64,000 nucleotides of DNA from Dehalococcoidales bacterium (lineage in GTDB: Bacteria > Chloroflexota > Dehalococcoidia > Dehalococcoidales > Fen-1064): contig JAURWL010000051.1 in assembly GCA_030654965.1 (NCBI GenBank), positions 6,737-70,736 on the forward strand, in the 5' to 3' direction. Both the position numbers and the translations under genes were made by a program. Shown in pieces: positions 48,897 to 58,024 of this stretch (position 1 is its first letter; every line of letters starts with the position of its first letter). The notes below the pieces were generated by a model. That model did not search any database. It was not told the origin of the DNA and saw nothing but the letters and a program-made list of their open reading frames with translations.

Positions 48897-49601
48897 TGTA
48901 GTCCTCCTTTTTTATTGCTCCGTTCTTTTTCTTTCCACCATTATCGTAACATCGTCTCCAACCCGCGACTTCTGCCATTCTACTGATTCTGTTACCTGAT
49001 AAACGCCTAAAAAGCAAGCCTCCGTATGACGTTGTCGGCTTATCTAGAAGGCTTGTTTTTACGCAGATTTGCCTATAACCTTATTGCGCACCTAACCCCA
49101 TTTTCTAAAATATTTAGCTTCAACCATATTGAAAATTGTCATAATGTGACGTATAATAAATTGAAAGGGGGCAGGTGGTTGGTCAAACAATTGATTGATG
49201 GCTTGTCTCTGAGCAAATAGAGTATTTGCGGGTTAAATCTCAAAGTTCCCGCTTTGAAATACGAATCGTAGAAGTAAATAAGTTGTAGTACCGGTGAATT
49301 AAGTCTTTACAGTTGCGGAATTCTAGCTGAGTTGCTGTTTTTGTCACCGGAGATTCAGGAAGGAACCAAAGCGAGAGACCTTTCTTAGGGTTAGTGTGCA
49401 CTTTGAGCCGATTGCAGTGCAACCCTCTTTGCTCAGGGCAGGGCTGGGAGTAAAGGGCATACGGATGCTGGAGACACTCTGTTGTGCCAAACCCAACCCG
49501 GTTCAAGTCATTGCCGATAGGTGGAGAATACACCTCTACCCGGACACCTTCCTGACAGGCATCATCTGTCTGACCGACCCAGTTGAATCAGGGCGTTAAT
49601 T

Positions 49602-51770
49602 ATGAAGATTCAATTGGGCAACGGTAAAGGTAAAAAGGAAAATAGCCTTACGCTTCTTCACGGCGAGGCAGCCAGTTCCGCTGTGGAAAGCGCCGGCTGT
49701 GCTTATCAATCGCCCTCGGTCATTGCCGCTGGCGCCAGCGCGCAAGGCGTCGCCCTTCTCAGTACCCTGACCCACCTTGTGCTCTCTATCCTTCTCATCA
49801 AAGTTCCCTCTCTCGTCGAAGGCAAACAGAGCTCATTGAAACGAACGACTCTGCTGATAGCTGTTGTCAGCGCCATTACCTGGTTGCCCATCATATTTGT
49901 CATGCTCTTCATGAAAAACGTCAGCCCTCTGCTATTGACCGCGCTCTGGATTATAGGATTGGTGCCAACGACGCTACTGTACCCATTTCGTGACAACTGG
50001 CTGGCTGGGCTGGTGCCTGCCGCGAAAATGGGGCGTTATTTAAGCTTGCGTTCCGTGATTGCCGGCGTGTGTTACCTGGCTACCTTCTATCTGATGGGAT
50101 TTATCCTGGATAGAACCACCGGCTTTGAATCCCGCAGTTACGCGTTCATCCTGGCGCTTGCTTTCCTGGCATCAGCAGTTAGTGTTGTTCTCTATTGTGG
50201 CGTGCGTCCCCTCGCGACCCCAAAAACTATCGAGAAGAAGCCGACTCTTACTTTCATCAGCTTTCTAAAAGATACCAGGAAAAATCACCTTGGCACTTTT
50301 ATTCTCTTCGTTTCCCTGTATACATTTGCGGTGAATCTGGCTGGCCCGCTCTTTGCCTCATATATGCTGCGCGACCTGAATTTTAGCTACATGACCTTTA
50401 CCGTGGTGGTTTCCAGTGAATATATTGCCCGCATCATCAGCCTTACTTTCTGGGGCAGGCAGGTAGACAAATCCGGGAGTCTAAGGATTCTCAGTCAAGT
50501 CTCGTATTTCATACCATTTGTCCCGATTCTCTGGCTCTTTTCCAGTAACTATTTATATCTTTGCGGTGTGCAGATGCTGAGCGGCACTGTCTGGGCGGCT
50601 TTTGACCTCTCCGTACAGACGTTTATCTACAAAGCCACCCCCCCCGACCAGCGCCTGAGATACATTGTGTATCATCGAAGCCTCACCTCTTTCTCGGTAG
50701 CGCTCGGGGCAATTACCAGCGCTTTTATGCTGAATCATATGTTCAGCGTTTTCGGGAGCCAGATACTGGGGATGTTCCTTATTTCCGGTTTACTCCGTTT
50801 GGCTATCGCCAGACTCATGTTACCCAAGCTTTCCCTCCAGGGTATTCCGGATGCTGTCGTCCATCCGGAGCTTGCGGCAGAACTGGCAACGGTTCCGTTA
50901 CCAATAAGAATGGGACTCTATTACTATCCGGATGCATGGAAACGATTTACTCGTCGCGCGGCGTCTGCCGGGAGTAACATTATCGGCAGGGCAGTCAGCA
51001 CGATTGCTCTATCACAGAATGGACTTTTCTATAAACCGGCGAAATGGGCAGAATACAGAAACAGAGCTGGTACCCAACCGGCGACAGTGGAAGCCAAGGA
51101 CACAAACCAGCCTACACATAATAGCCTCTTCCACAAGCCGGGAAAATGGCTGGAATACCTGACCGGGATTGGCGCTCAACCGGCACCCGTTGAAATCAAA
51201 AGCCCTATTCAGCCCGTACGCGATGGCCTTTTCTACCACCGCGAAGGCTGGGCTTACTTCCAGGAACAGCAAGCAACCGAGAATACCGGCAAAGCCAGTA
51301 GACAGAGCACGAGCCGCGGTGGTCTTTTCCATAACCCACAACGCTGGGGTGATTATATGAAGCAATCGCTGGTGCTAAACACAACCACGATGCACACCGG
51401 CGGTGAGGGTCTAACGCTCCGTCAACCCGTCTTCTATCACCCTGAGATGTGGGAAAAATACCAGAAAGAAACCGCCGGTTCCAAAATTAATGCAAGAGCG
51501 AAGGCACCAGCTCCTCGGGAAGCACTCCTCTACCATCCGGATGAATGGCAGAAATACAGCGCGCAATCAGCAACACGCAAGAACAGAAGGACATCGCCGC
51601 AAATTGGCGCCACGATTACCGCTACGGTGAGGACTCCGAAATATGTAAAACCTCAGACGGCGACCATGCAGACAACTCGGAAGGTACCTCCTGTGACGAC
51701 CACTCATTCAGCCCGCGCCATTTCCAGCACACCCATTCGGCGTATCAGGACGTCAGCGGCGCTGGCATAA
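49602..51770 (+). CDS. MFS-like polytopic membrane protein with a ~290-aa repeat-rich hydrophilic C-terminal tail
   Basis: The first ~430 aa are multi-TM. The tail contains seven copies of a (G)LFYxPxxWxxY-like motif. The start codon has no obvious RBS, so the 5' end is uncertain. Confidence 0.7.
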   Translation: MKIQLGNGKGKKENSLTLLHGEAASSAVESAGCAYQSPSVIAAGASAQGVALLSTLTHLVLSILLIKVPSLVEGKQSSLKRTTLLIAVVSAITWLPIIFVMLFMKNVSPLLLTALWIIGLVPTTLLYPFRDNWLAGLVPAAKMGRYLSLRSVIAGVCYLATFYLMGFILDRTTGFESRSYAFILALAFLASAVSVVLYCGVRPLATPKTIEKKPTLTFISFLKDTRKNHLGTFILFVSLYTFAVNLAGPLFASYMLRDLNFSYMTFTVVVSSEYIARIISLTFWGRQVDKSGSLRILSQVSYFIPFVPILWLFSSNYLYLCGVQMLSGTVWAAFDLSVQTFIYKATPPDQRLRYIVYHRSLTSFSVALGAITSAFMLNHMFSVFGSQILGMFLISGLLRLAIARLMLPKLSLQGIPDAVVHPELAAELATVPLPIRMGLYYYPDAWKRFTRRAASAGSNIIGRAVSTIALSQNGLFYKPAKWAEYRNRAGTQPATVEAKDTNQPTHNSLFHKPGKWLEYLTGIGAQPAPVEIKSPIQPVRDGLFYHREGWAYFQEQQATENTGKASRQSTSRGGLFHNPQRWGDYMKQSLVLNTTTMHTGGEGLTLRQPVFYHPEMWEKYQKETAGSKINARAKAPAPREALLYHPDEWQKYSAQSATRKNRRTSPQIGATITATVRTPKYVKPQTATMQTTRKVPPVTTTHSARAISSTPIRRIRTSAALA

Positions 51771-51870
51771 AAAGTCTGGTTTTAACTGCGCCTTATCTTA
51801 TGGTATCACAGCTTATTTGCTTCTGGTTACCAGTAACACCCGCCATTGCGTTGTGTTGGTTTCTCAGATA

Positions 51871-51994
51871 GGGCCCTGCTGCAACGCCCGATTACCCCCA
51901 GAGCTCCGGTCACGGGAGGGGTGGTGGCGATAATTTAAGCCGGGGAATGGCGTCCTCTCCATCCCCAACACTCTGGTTTCCCCCAGCAGGGCCC
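51871..51994. other. GC-rich 124-nt element closed by a perfect 11-bp inverted repeat; possible structured RNA or palindromic repeat
   Basis: gggccctgctg (51871-51881) pairs with cagcagggccc (51984-51994). Inner pairings are ccagag/ctctgg (51898-51903 / 51971-51976) and ggggtgg or ggggaatgg with ccatcccc. Confidence 0.35.
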
Positions 51995-52314
51995 AAGGTA
52001 GTCGCATTAAATTCACTAGCCGCTCTATGACGAAAAGATATGAATATCCTCACCCAGTTTAAAAAATCAAAACCGCGGGTAGAAACCATCCTTCCATCCT
52101 CGTCAGGACAATCTTATAATGTACCTCACCCCTTGTCCTATTATCGTAAACAATGTTCGCATAAGATTATTGCCACTCAATATATGACAGGTTTATCATT
52201 TTGTCAAGTACTTGTACTCGTTCAGTTGGGTTATTGTGGAGTGACTTCGTTATCCGATAGTTGAACAAGAAGCAAATGGTGCCTCTGCCAGAGAAATTTA
52301 GACTATAGTCGTAT

Positions 52315-52338
52315 GCAATGATATAATTATATGCATTG
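52315..52338. promoter_or_regulatory. Imperfect palindrome overlapping a TATAAT upstream of marR; candidate autoregulatory operator
   Basis: gcaatg-atataattatat-gcattg. The central 12-mer is a perfect palindrome containing TATAAT (52322-52327). Confidence 0.4.
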
Positions 52339-52397
52339 GATGAGTATTACTAAACAGGATGGTATGTGTGGACACCTTGGTAAAGAATGGAGTCAAT

Positions 52398-52901
52398 ATG
52401 AATTCGATGTTATCCACCGACCAGGATTATAATCTCTGGGTACTTTTACGTCAGACCAGGGATGCTATGGTCAAAGCCAGGGAAAGAGAACTGGAGAAAT
52501 ACGGAATTTCCAGCATACAGGCGGCGGTGCTTTTTACTATCCAGGCAATCGGAGCGGAAGCAACCCCGGCGGAAATTTCACGTCGCCTGGTGAGAGAACC
52601 CCACTCCGTGTCTGGGCTACTCAACCGTATGGAAAAACAGCGTCTTATCACACGTGTTAAAGACCTCCCCAAGCGGAATATGGTGAGGGTGGTAATGACG
52701 GACAAGGGCAAGGAAGCCTACGAACAGTCTACAAAACGACTCAGTATGCACGAAACTATGTCTGTGCTTTCTGAGGCAGAGAGAAATCAGATGTGGGGTT
52801 ACTTGGAGAGACTGCGAGATAAGGCTATGAAGCTTGCCGGTATCGGGTATGAACTCCCGTTCCCCCCACACTGGTCAGATGCGGACGAGGAGCTCAGTTA
52901 A
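52398..52901 (+). CDS. MarR-family transcriptional regulator
   Basis: Winged-HTH region (GISSIQAAVLFTI..ATPAEISRRLVREPHSVSGLLNRMEKQRLITR). I prefer ATG 52398, after GGAG, to the ORF-track start 52359. Confidence 0.85.
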   Translation: MNSMLSTDQDYNLWVLLRQTRDAMVKARERELEKYGISSIQAAVLFTIQAIGAEATPAEISRRLVREPHSVSGLLNRMEKQRLITRVKDLPKRNMVRVVMTDKGKEAYEQSTKRLSMHETMSVLSEAERNQMWGYLERLRDKAMKLAGIGYELPFPPHWSDADEELS

Positions 52902-52920
52902 TACTTCGCCTGATTTACGC

Positions 52921-54462
52921 TCATTTCAGTTTAAATACAACGTGATGTTGCCATTCAGGCTTTTTTTGTGGAAAATCAGAGCGGAAATGAGCGCCCCGGC
53001 TCTCTTCTCTGATAAGCGCCGCCTCGGATATCAAACGTCCGGTAATCACCATGTTGCTCAATTCCTGGGAGGCGCGTTCCGCAGTAGGTGGTAGCGCTCT
53101 TTGCCAGGCGGCAAGAGTTTGCACCGCCTCCATTAGAGTCTGTCGGTTGCGGATAATGCCTACCTTATCCCACATCAACGATTGCAGATTGGAAGCGGTG
53201 AGTTCGGGGATATTGTCTGGCATCTTCCGTCTGGGTAACGTGTGGAATTCATCGGCGGCAGGCTTTTTTACAATCGTGCCGGTGCTATTGCTACGGCTTT
53301 TCTCCAGAATCCGTTTACTGAAGACCAGCACTTCCAGCATAGAATTGGAGGCGAGTCGGTTAGCGCCATGAACCCCGGTGCAGGCTGTCTCCCCCGTAGC
53401 GAATAAACCCGGGACGTTGGTCTCGCCCCATGTATTAACCTTGACTCCACCCATCATATAGTGCGCCGCCGGAGCCACCGGCACAGGCACCTTGGTAATA
53501 TCCATTCCGTGTTCGAGACAGAAACGGTAGATATGCGGGAAACGGCTGGTGGTCAAACTGCGGGACAGATGCGTCACGTCAATGAGTACATGGTCGGTTT
53601 TCGTCTTTTCCATCTCATAGACAATACTGCGTGCTACTACATCACGCGGCGCCAGTTCACCTTCAGGTGTATAGTCGTACATAAAACGACGGCCATTGAC
53701 GTTACGGAGGATGCCACCCTCACCGCGCACCGCCTCAGAAATCAAGAAAGGCGGCACATCCGGTTTGAAAAGACAGGTGGGGTGAAATTGGAAGAATTCC
53801 ATATCCGCAATTTCCGCCCCGGCTTTGAATGCGAGCGCAATGCCGTCACCTGTGGCAATCTCCGAGTTCGTATTGAGTTTATACAACTGACCCCCACCGC
53901 CGGTTGCCAGTATTATTGATTTTCCCGCAAAATCCTCGCTTTTACCGGTGCGGCAGTCTATTGCTCTGACACCCCGGGCGCGACCCTTTTCCAGCAGAAT
54001 TTCGCTGGCAAGGCACTGCTCTATCACCTTGATATCAGTGGCACGAACACGTTTGCTCAGAGTGACTTCAATATGCTCGCCAGTAGCATCACCGCCGGCA
54101 TGAAGGATACGCGGGACGCTATGAGCGGCTTCCGTGGTGAGGGCTATCTTGCCATCCAGTGTGTCAAAAGGCACGCCCAGGTTCACTAGGTCGGCAATGC
54201 GGTCGGGCGCTTCCGTGGTGAGAATTCTCACCGCCTCTTCATTGCACAACCCATCACCTGCCGCGATAGTATCACGAAAATGCAGTTCGGGGGAGTCATT
54301 GGCGCCTATCGGCGCCGCGATACCCCCTTGGGCATGCCTGGTATTGCAGTCCTCGATATTTCCCTTGGTCAGAATGAGGACACTGCCCTGCTCCCGTGCC
54401 AGCAAGGCAGTATACAGTCCGGCAATGCCGCTCCCAATCAGTATGTAGTCAAAACGCCTCAC
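52921..54462 (-). CDS. nadB: L-aspartate oxidase
   Basis: FAD motif IGSGIAG, RHAQGGIAA, HYMMGG, and GANRLASNS typical of NadB and the succinate dehydrogenase flavoprotein family. Confidence 0.93.
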   Translation of the reverse strand: MRRFDYILIGSGIAGLYTALLAREQGSVLILTKGNIEDCNTRHAQGGIAAPIGANDSPELHFRDTIAAGDGLCNEEAVRILTTEAPDRIADLVNLGVPFDTLDGKIALTTEAAHSVPRILHAGGDATGEHIEVTLSKRVRATDIKVIEQCLASEILLEKGRARGVRAIDCRTGKSEDFAGKSIILATGGGGQLYKLNTNSEIATGDGIALAFKAGAEIADMEFFQFHPTCLFKPDVPPFLISEAVRGEGGILRNVNGRRFMYDYTPEGELAPRDVVARSIVYEMEKTKTDHVLIDVTHLSRSLTTSRFPHIYRFCLEHGMDITKVPVPVAPAAHYMMGGVKVNTWGETNVPGLFATGETACTGVHGANRLASNSMLEVLVFSKRILEKSRSNSTGTIVKKPAADEFHTLPRRKMPDNIPELTASNLQSLMWDKVGIIRNRQTLMEAVQTLAAWQRALPPTAERASQELSNMVITGRLISEAALIREESRGAHFRSDFPQKKPEWQHHVVFKLK

Positions 54463-54518
54463 CTGAACTCCTTTTCGCGGTCAGGCAGGTCTCGAGTAAA
54501 AACGCGACTTCTCTCCGT

Positions 54519-54932
54519 CTATTTCGGACCGGTCTGAGGTTGTTGTTCGCTGACTTTGGTGGCAATAGCAGATTTAACGAAACGCATAATCGTGCCGGAT
54601 TCGATACGAATCGTGACGCTATCTTCGGATACGCTTTCTATGGTGCCGTACAAGCCGCCGATGGTGACAATCTTATCACCCCTCTGAAGGTCCTGCATCA
54701 TCTTCGTTTGTTCCTGCTGGCGTTTCCGCTGAGGCCGTATGGTGAAGAAATACATCATCACGAAGATGAGCACGACAAAGCCAATCATCAGAAGGGAACT
54801 TGTCCAAGAAGTACCCGTTGTCGTCTCGTCTGTGCCCGTGTCTGTTGTTGTCGGGTAGCAACTCGCCAGTAAAGCCGCGGTGGTTATCAACCCGATGATT
54901 AATCCCAGAATTAGTAGTCTTGTTCTGCGCAA
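54519..54932 (-). CDS. yajC: Preprotein translocase subunit YajC with an N-terminal extension
   Basis: FFTIRPQRKRQQE....GDKIVTIGGLYGTI. TTG start 6 nt after AGGAGG. Confidence 0.85.
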   Translation of the reverse strand: MRRTRLLILGLIIGLITTAALLASCYPTTTDTGTDETTTGTSWTSSLLMIGFVVLIFVMMYFFTIRPQRKRQQEQTKMMQDLQRGDKIVTIGGLYGTIESVSEDSVTIRIESGTIMRFVKSAIATKVSEQQPQTGPK

Positions 54933-54943
54933 ACCATTCCTCC

Positions 54944-56191
54944 TTATTGACGCAATTTACCCTGGAGTGACCAGGGACTGGTGCGTTCTATCTCCAGTAT
55001 AGCAAGTTTTCCCAGCCAGTCGTTATCACTACTGAAGAATACAATTTTATCAGTTCTGGTCCGCCCGTACCACTTTCCCTTCTCTTTCACCTCTACCAGC
55101 ACTTCAATTGCCTGTCCCAACAAGCAAGCATTGATTTCCGCGGCGATATCTTCTTGAAGTTTCTCCAGCGCCTGCAACCGCCGTTTTTTTTCAGCCGCTG
55201 GCACATCGTCAGGGTACTCACGAGCGGCAATGGTGCCGGGGCGGGGGGAATAGGCGGCAATATGAACAGTATCGAACTTAAGGTCGGTAAGCAAGCTGAC
55301 AGTCTCCTGGAATTGCGCTTCCGTCTCTGATGGGAAACCGACAATGACATCATTACTCAATGCCACGCCGGGAATTTTATCACGAATCTCAGTTATCAAA
55401 CGACGGTACTGCTCGATTGTATAGCCGCGCCGCATCAACTGGAGAATTTCATTGCTCCCCGCTTGCGCGGGTATATTTATGGCAGGGCAGACCTTATCCA
55501 GACGGGCAATGGTATCTATCAGTCGGCCGCTCATATCTTTCGGGTGGTTGGTGAGAAAGCGGATGCGCCACAAGCCATCAATGGTGTTTAATTCGGTGAG
55601 CAGTCCAGCCAGTTCCGGTTTATCAGGCAGGTCATACCCGTAGGAGTCTACGTTTTGCCCCAGCAGGGTTACTTCCCGCGTGCCACGCCGTACCAGTTCC
55701 CGTACTTCGCAAAAAATTTCCGAAAGCGGACGGCTCTTCTCACGGCCACGCCGGTACGGAACAACGCAATAGGCGCAGAAGTTATTACAACCTTGGATAA
55801 TGGGGACATAGGTGGTTACCTGTGGGTTGTTCGGTAATGCCTGCCGCCATTCGTCCGGCTCCTGCCAGGGCGGACACTCACCCGCTCTGAAAAAGTGGTC
55901 TATGTACGGGTGATTTTTCTTAAGCTGGTCGATATTGGAATCCACCCAGCATCCTGTCACCGCCAGCTTCAGGTTGGGGTTCGATTTTTTCATTGATTTC
56001 AACGAATGTAACTTATTGGTGACGCGGTCTTCGGCGTGCTTGCGGACGACACAGGTATTGAGCACAATGACATCAGCTTCTTCAGCGCGGTCGGTTGACT
56101 GTAAGCCGTCCTTTTCAAACAGGCTGGCAAGCCGCCCCGATTCCGCCTTGTTCATCTGACAGCCGATTGTCCAGATATGATATTTATGCAT
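54944..56191 (-). CDS. miaB: tRNA methylthiotransferase MiaB (radical SAM)
   Basis: N-terminal TIGCQMN, the radical-SAM motif CNNFCAYC, and a TRAM-like C-terminus. Confidence 0.92.
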   Translation of the reverse strand: MHKYHIWTIGCQMNKAESGRLASLFEKDGLQSTDRAEEADVIVLNTCVVRKHAEDRVTNKLHSLKSMKKSNPNLKLAVTGCWVDSNIDQLKKNHPYIDHFFRAGECPPWQEPDEWRQALPNNPQVTTYVPIIQGCNNFCAYCVVPYRRGREKSRPLSEIFCEVRELVRRGTREVTLLGQNVDSYGYDLPDKPELAGLLTELNTIDGLWRIRFLTNHPKDMSGRLIDTIARLDKVCPAINIPAQAGSNEILQLMRRGYTIEQYRRLITEIRDKIPGVALSNDVIVGFPSETEAQFQETVSLLTDLKFDTVHIAAYSPRPGTIAAREYPDDVPAAEKKRRLQALEKLQEDIAAEINACLLGQAIEVLVEVKEKGKWYGRTRTDKIVFFSSDNDWLGKLAILEIERTSPWSLQGKLRQ

Positions 56192-56253
56192 AATTTAACA
56201 ATTTATAACTGGAAATTGGAGCGAAAAGACGATTTCAAGTTTTTCTTTTGCGG

Positions 56254-57188
56254 CTACTCAAAATGTCTATTTCCTTTTCCTAAATTACAATCTTCGCAAA
56301 GTGTTTGTAAATTTTCTAAAATTGTTTTTCCACCTTTTGAAAAAGGAAGAATATGATCAATATGTAATCTGCAAGACGGATCAGTTGCGGGACTCCTGCC
56401 ATCTTTAACACACTTAAATTTATCTCTGCTTAAAACTTTATAACGCAATCCAAGTTTAATTTCGTGTCGATCTTCACTTGAGACACTATGTTTTTTTATC
56501 TCTTCCCTAATTATTTCCTTTGGTCCTTTTATAGTTAATCGGGATAACTCTTCCACTCCCGATTCACCATTATCCTGATTCATTTTAGCAACAAAAGCTT
56601 CAAGTGCTTTTCTCCAACTTCCAAACCGGCATTCGTATCCGGTAGATGTGACAGCTGATGGAAATTGATTCATTTCTTTTAGGAATGGCTGACGACCATG
56701 ATGTGTCCAAACATTAAGTAAGTTTTCAAAATATTCATCCTCGGAGTATCTACGCGCATTTGGTGCAAATCCTAAGCCAGATTTTTTATCCCATTAGGCC
56801 AAGAACCAAATCTATAAATCACTGTTGAAGGACTGATTATTTCAGAATTATTATTCACTTCTTCTTGAGACACATAATCCTTACCGAGTTTCTTGGCAAC
56901 TACTCGTAGCTCATCCAAAACTTCTTCATCAGTTAATCTTTTACTTTGATGGCGCATTTTTTCAGAAATTGTCGGGCCAGAATATTTATGTCCAAGTCCG
57001 GCCACCGTAAGAGCTTTTTGCCAACCACCTAATCTCTTTTGAATAGCACCAGAAGTAATTTTACCAAACTCGTCATAATCTTTCTTAGTTAAAAAATCTT
57101 TATTGACTATTATATCAACGCGTTTGATCTCGTCAATTATTTCTTCATCGGAGCAATTTCTTGGCAAACTGTTTAATTCAAATTTCAT
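56254..57188 (-). pseudogene. HNH endonuclease with three homing-endonuclease-associated repeats, split by a 1-nt frameshift in a homopolymer (56782-56787)
   Basis: The upstream ORF ends ...RFGSWPNGIKNLA*. The frame of the downstream ORF is open back to 56793 and reads WDKKSGLGFAPNARRYSEDEYF...FGSWRKALEAF...HIDHILPFSKGG...CEDCNLGKGN. One extra A in the coding-strand A6 run would give FGSWPNGIKKSGLGF, matching the repeat pattern GGWQKALTVAGLG. Confidence 0.75.
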
Positions 57189-57267
57189 AACTACTTCACA
57201 AATCAGCGGGTAACAGCTTAATCAGGAATTTCTTCACTATCTATAGAATACATCAAATTCTCCCCCT

Positions 57268-57294
57268 TGTCGTTCCTGCGAAGGCAGGAATCCA
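57268..57294. repeat. Palindromic repeat unit (GTCGTTCCTGC-gaag-GCAGGAATCCA)
   Basis: The hairpin ttcctgc/gcaggaa has flanks resembling the units at 60442-60525 and 63898-63929. Confidence 0.55.
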
Positions 57295-57490
57295 TGAATC
57301 CACCCTTACCCATCTTAATTAGTCTATTCAAACTCAGGCATATCTTAGTTTAGGCGATTATAGAATCATTCCTGTATTCACGGACACACCTGATGAGGTA
57401 GTAACACCAATGTACAGGGTGCCGTATGGTTTGCTAGCAAGGATGTATACATAATAGCAGTTCATGATTCCCTGCACAGGTGGTCTTGTG

Positions 57491-57512
57491 GATTCCTGTT
57501 TTCACAGGAAAG
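57491..57512. repeat. Palindromic repeat unit (GATTCCTGT-tttc-ACAGGAAAG)
   Basis: 7-bp stem ttcctgt/acaggaa, a variant of the same family. Confidence 0.5.
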
Positions 57513-57591
57513 ACACCCGCAAATTGATTGACGTTTGACAATTGGTTTTTGTTTGATTATTGTTTATTGAAATTTGGAACTTGGTAAGGAG

Positions 57592-57683
57592 TGGCGGAGG
57601 GAGTGGGATTCGAACCCACGACCCCGATTTCTCAGGGCAACCGCTTAGCAGGCGGCCGCACTAGGCCACTATGCGATCCCTCC
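57592..57683 (-). tRNA. tRNA-Ser (anticodon GCU), CCA encoded
   Basis: The reverse complement folds with acceptor GGAGGGA/TCCCTCC, anticodon loop CUGCUAA, a long variable arm (characteristic of Ser) and T-loop GGTTCGAATCC. Confidence 0.93.
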
Positions 57684-57898
57684 ACTCGACAACTTTTATT
57701 ATTTTACTACTTTGCATGGCGGTCTGTCATTGAATCCGTTGCACTATACCACGCGGTTATAAAGGATTCAACCGGAAAAAATATTGCTGGTGATTTATGA
57801 ATTTAATGTTTATTGGGGGCAGTTTTTGCATTGAAAACCGAGATGGTGAGAAGTATAATTAGCTTTGTATACGAGAGATGTGCTACGGTTGAAAAAGG

Positions 57899-57977
57899 TG
57901 GTCGGGGCGAGTGGATTCGAACCACCGACCTCAGCGTCCCGAACGCTGCGCGCTAAACCAGGCTGCGCTACGCCCCG
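57899..57977 (-). tRNA. tRNA-Pro (anticodon CGG), CCA encoded
   Basis: Acceptor CGGGGCG/CGCCCCG, anticodon stem-loop CAGCG-UUCGGGA-CGCUG, T-loop GGTTCGAATCC. Confidence 0.9.
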
Positions 57978-58024
57978 CAACGACTATTATAGGCGGAATC
58001 TGCTCTCATTAGCAAGGAACGTGT

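Noticed and set aside
48263-48986. Plus-strand ORFs of 212 and 221 aa with internally repeated peptide segments
   Set aside because: The repetition only reflects the 199-bp tandem DNA duplication. The minus strand carries short genes with strong RBSs and membrane-protein character. The plus-strand products have no start context or motifs.
49270-49400. Possible cobalamin riboswitch on the minus strand (CCGGTGA ... CCGCAACTGTAAAG)
   Set aside because: Only two short segments resemble the consensus. The GGGAA element and a B12 box (AGYCMGGGNACCKGCC-like) are missing, and the spacing is wrong. The nearest downstream minus-strand gene is ~370 nt away. An Infernal scan would settle it.
51871-51994. 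SRP (4.5S) RNA or 6S RNA
   Set aside because: The terminal helix superficially resembles 4.5S RNA ends, but the conserved GGAA tetraloop and AGCA-containing symmetric loop motifs are absent on both strands. It is too short for 6S RNA.
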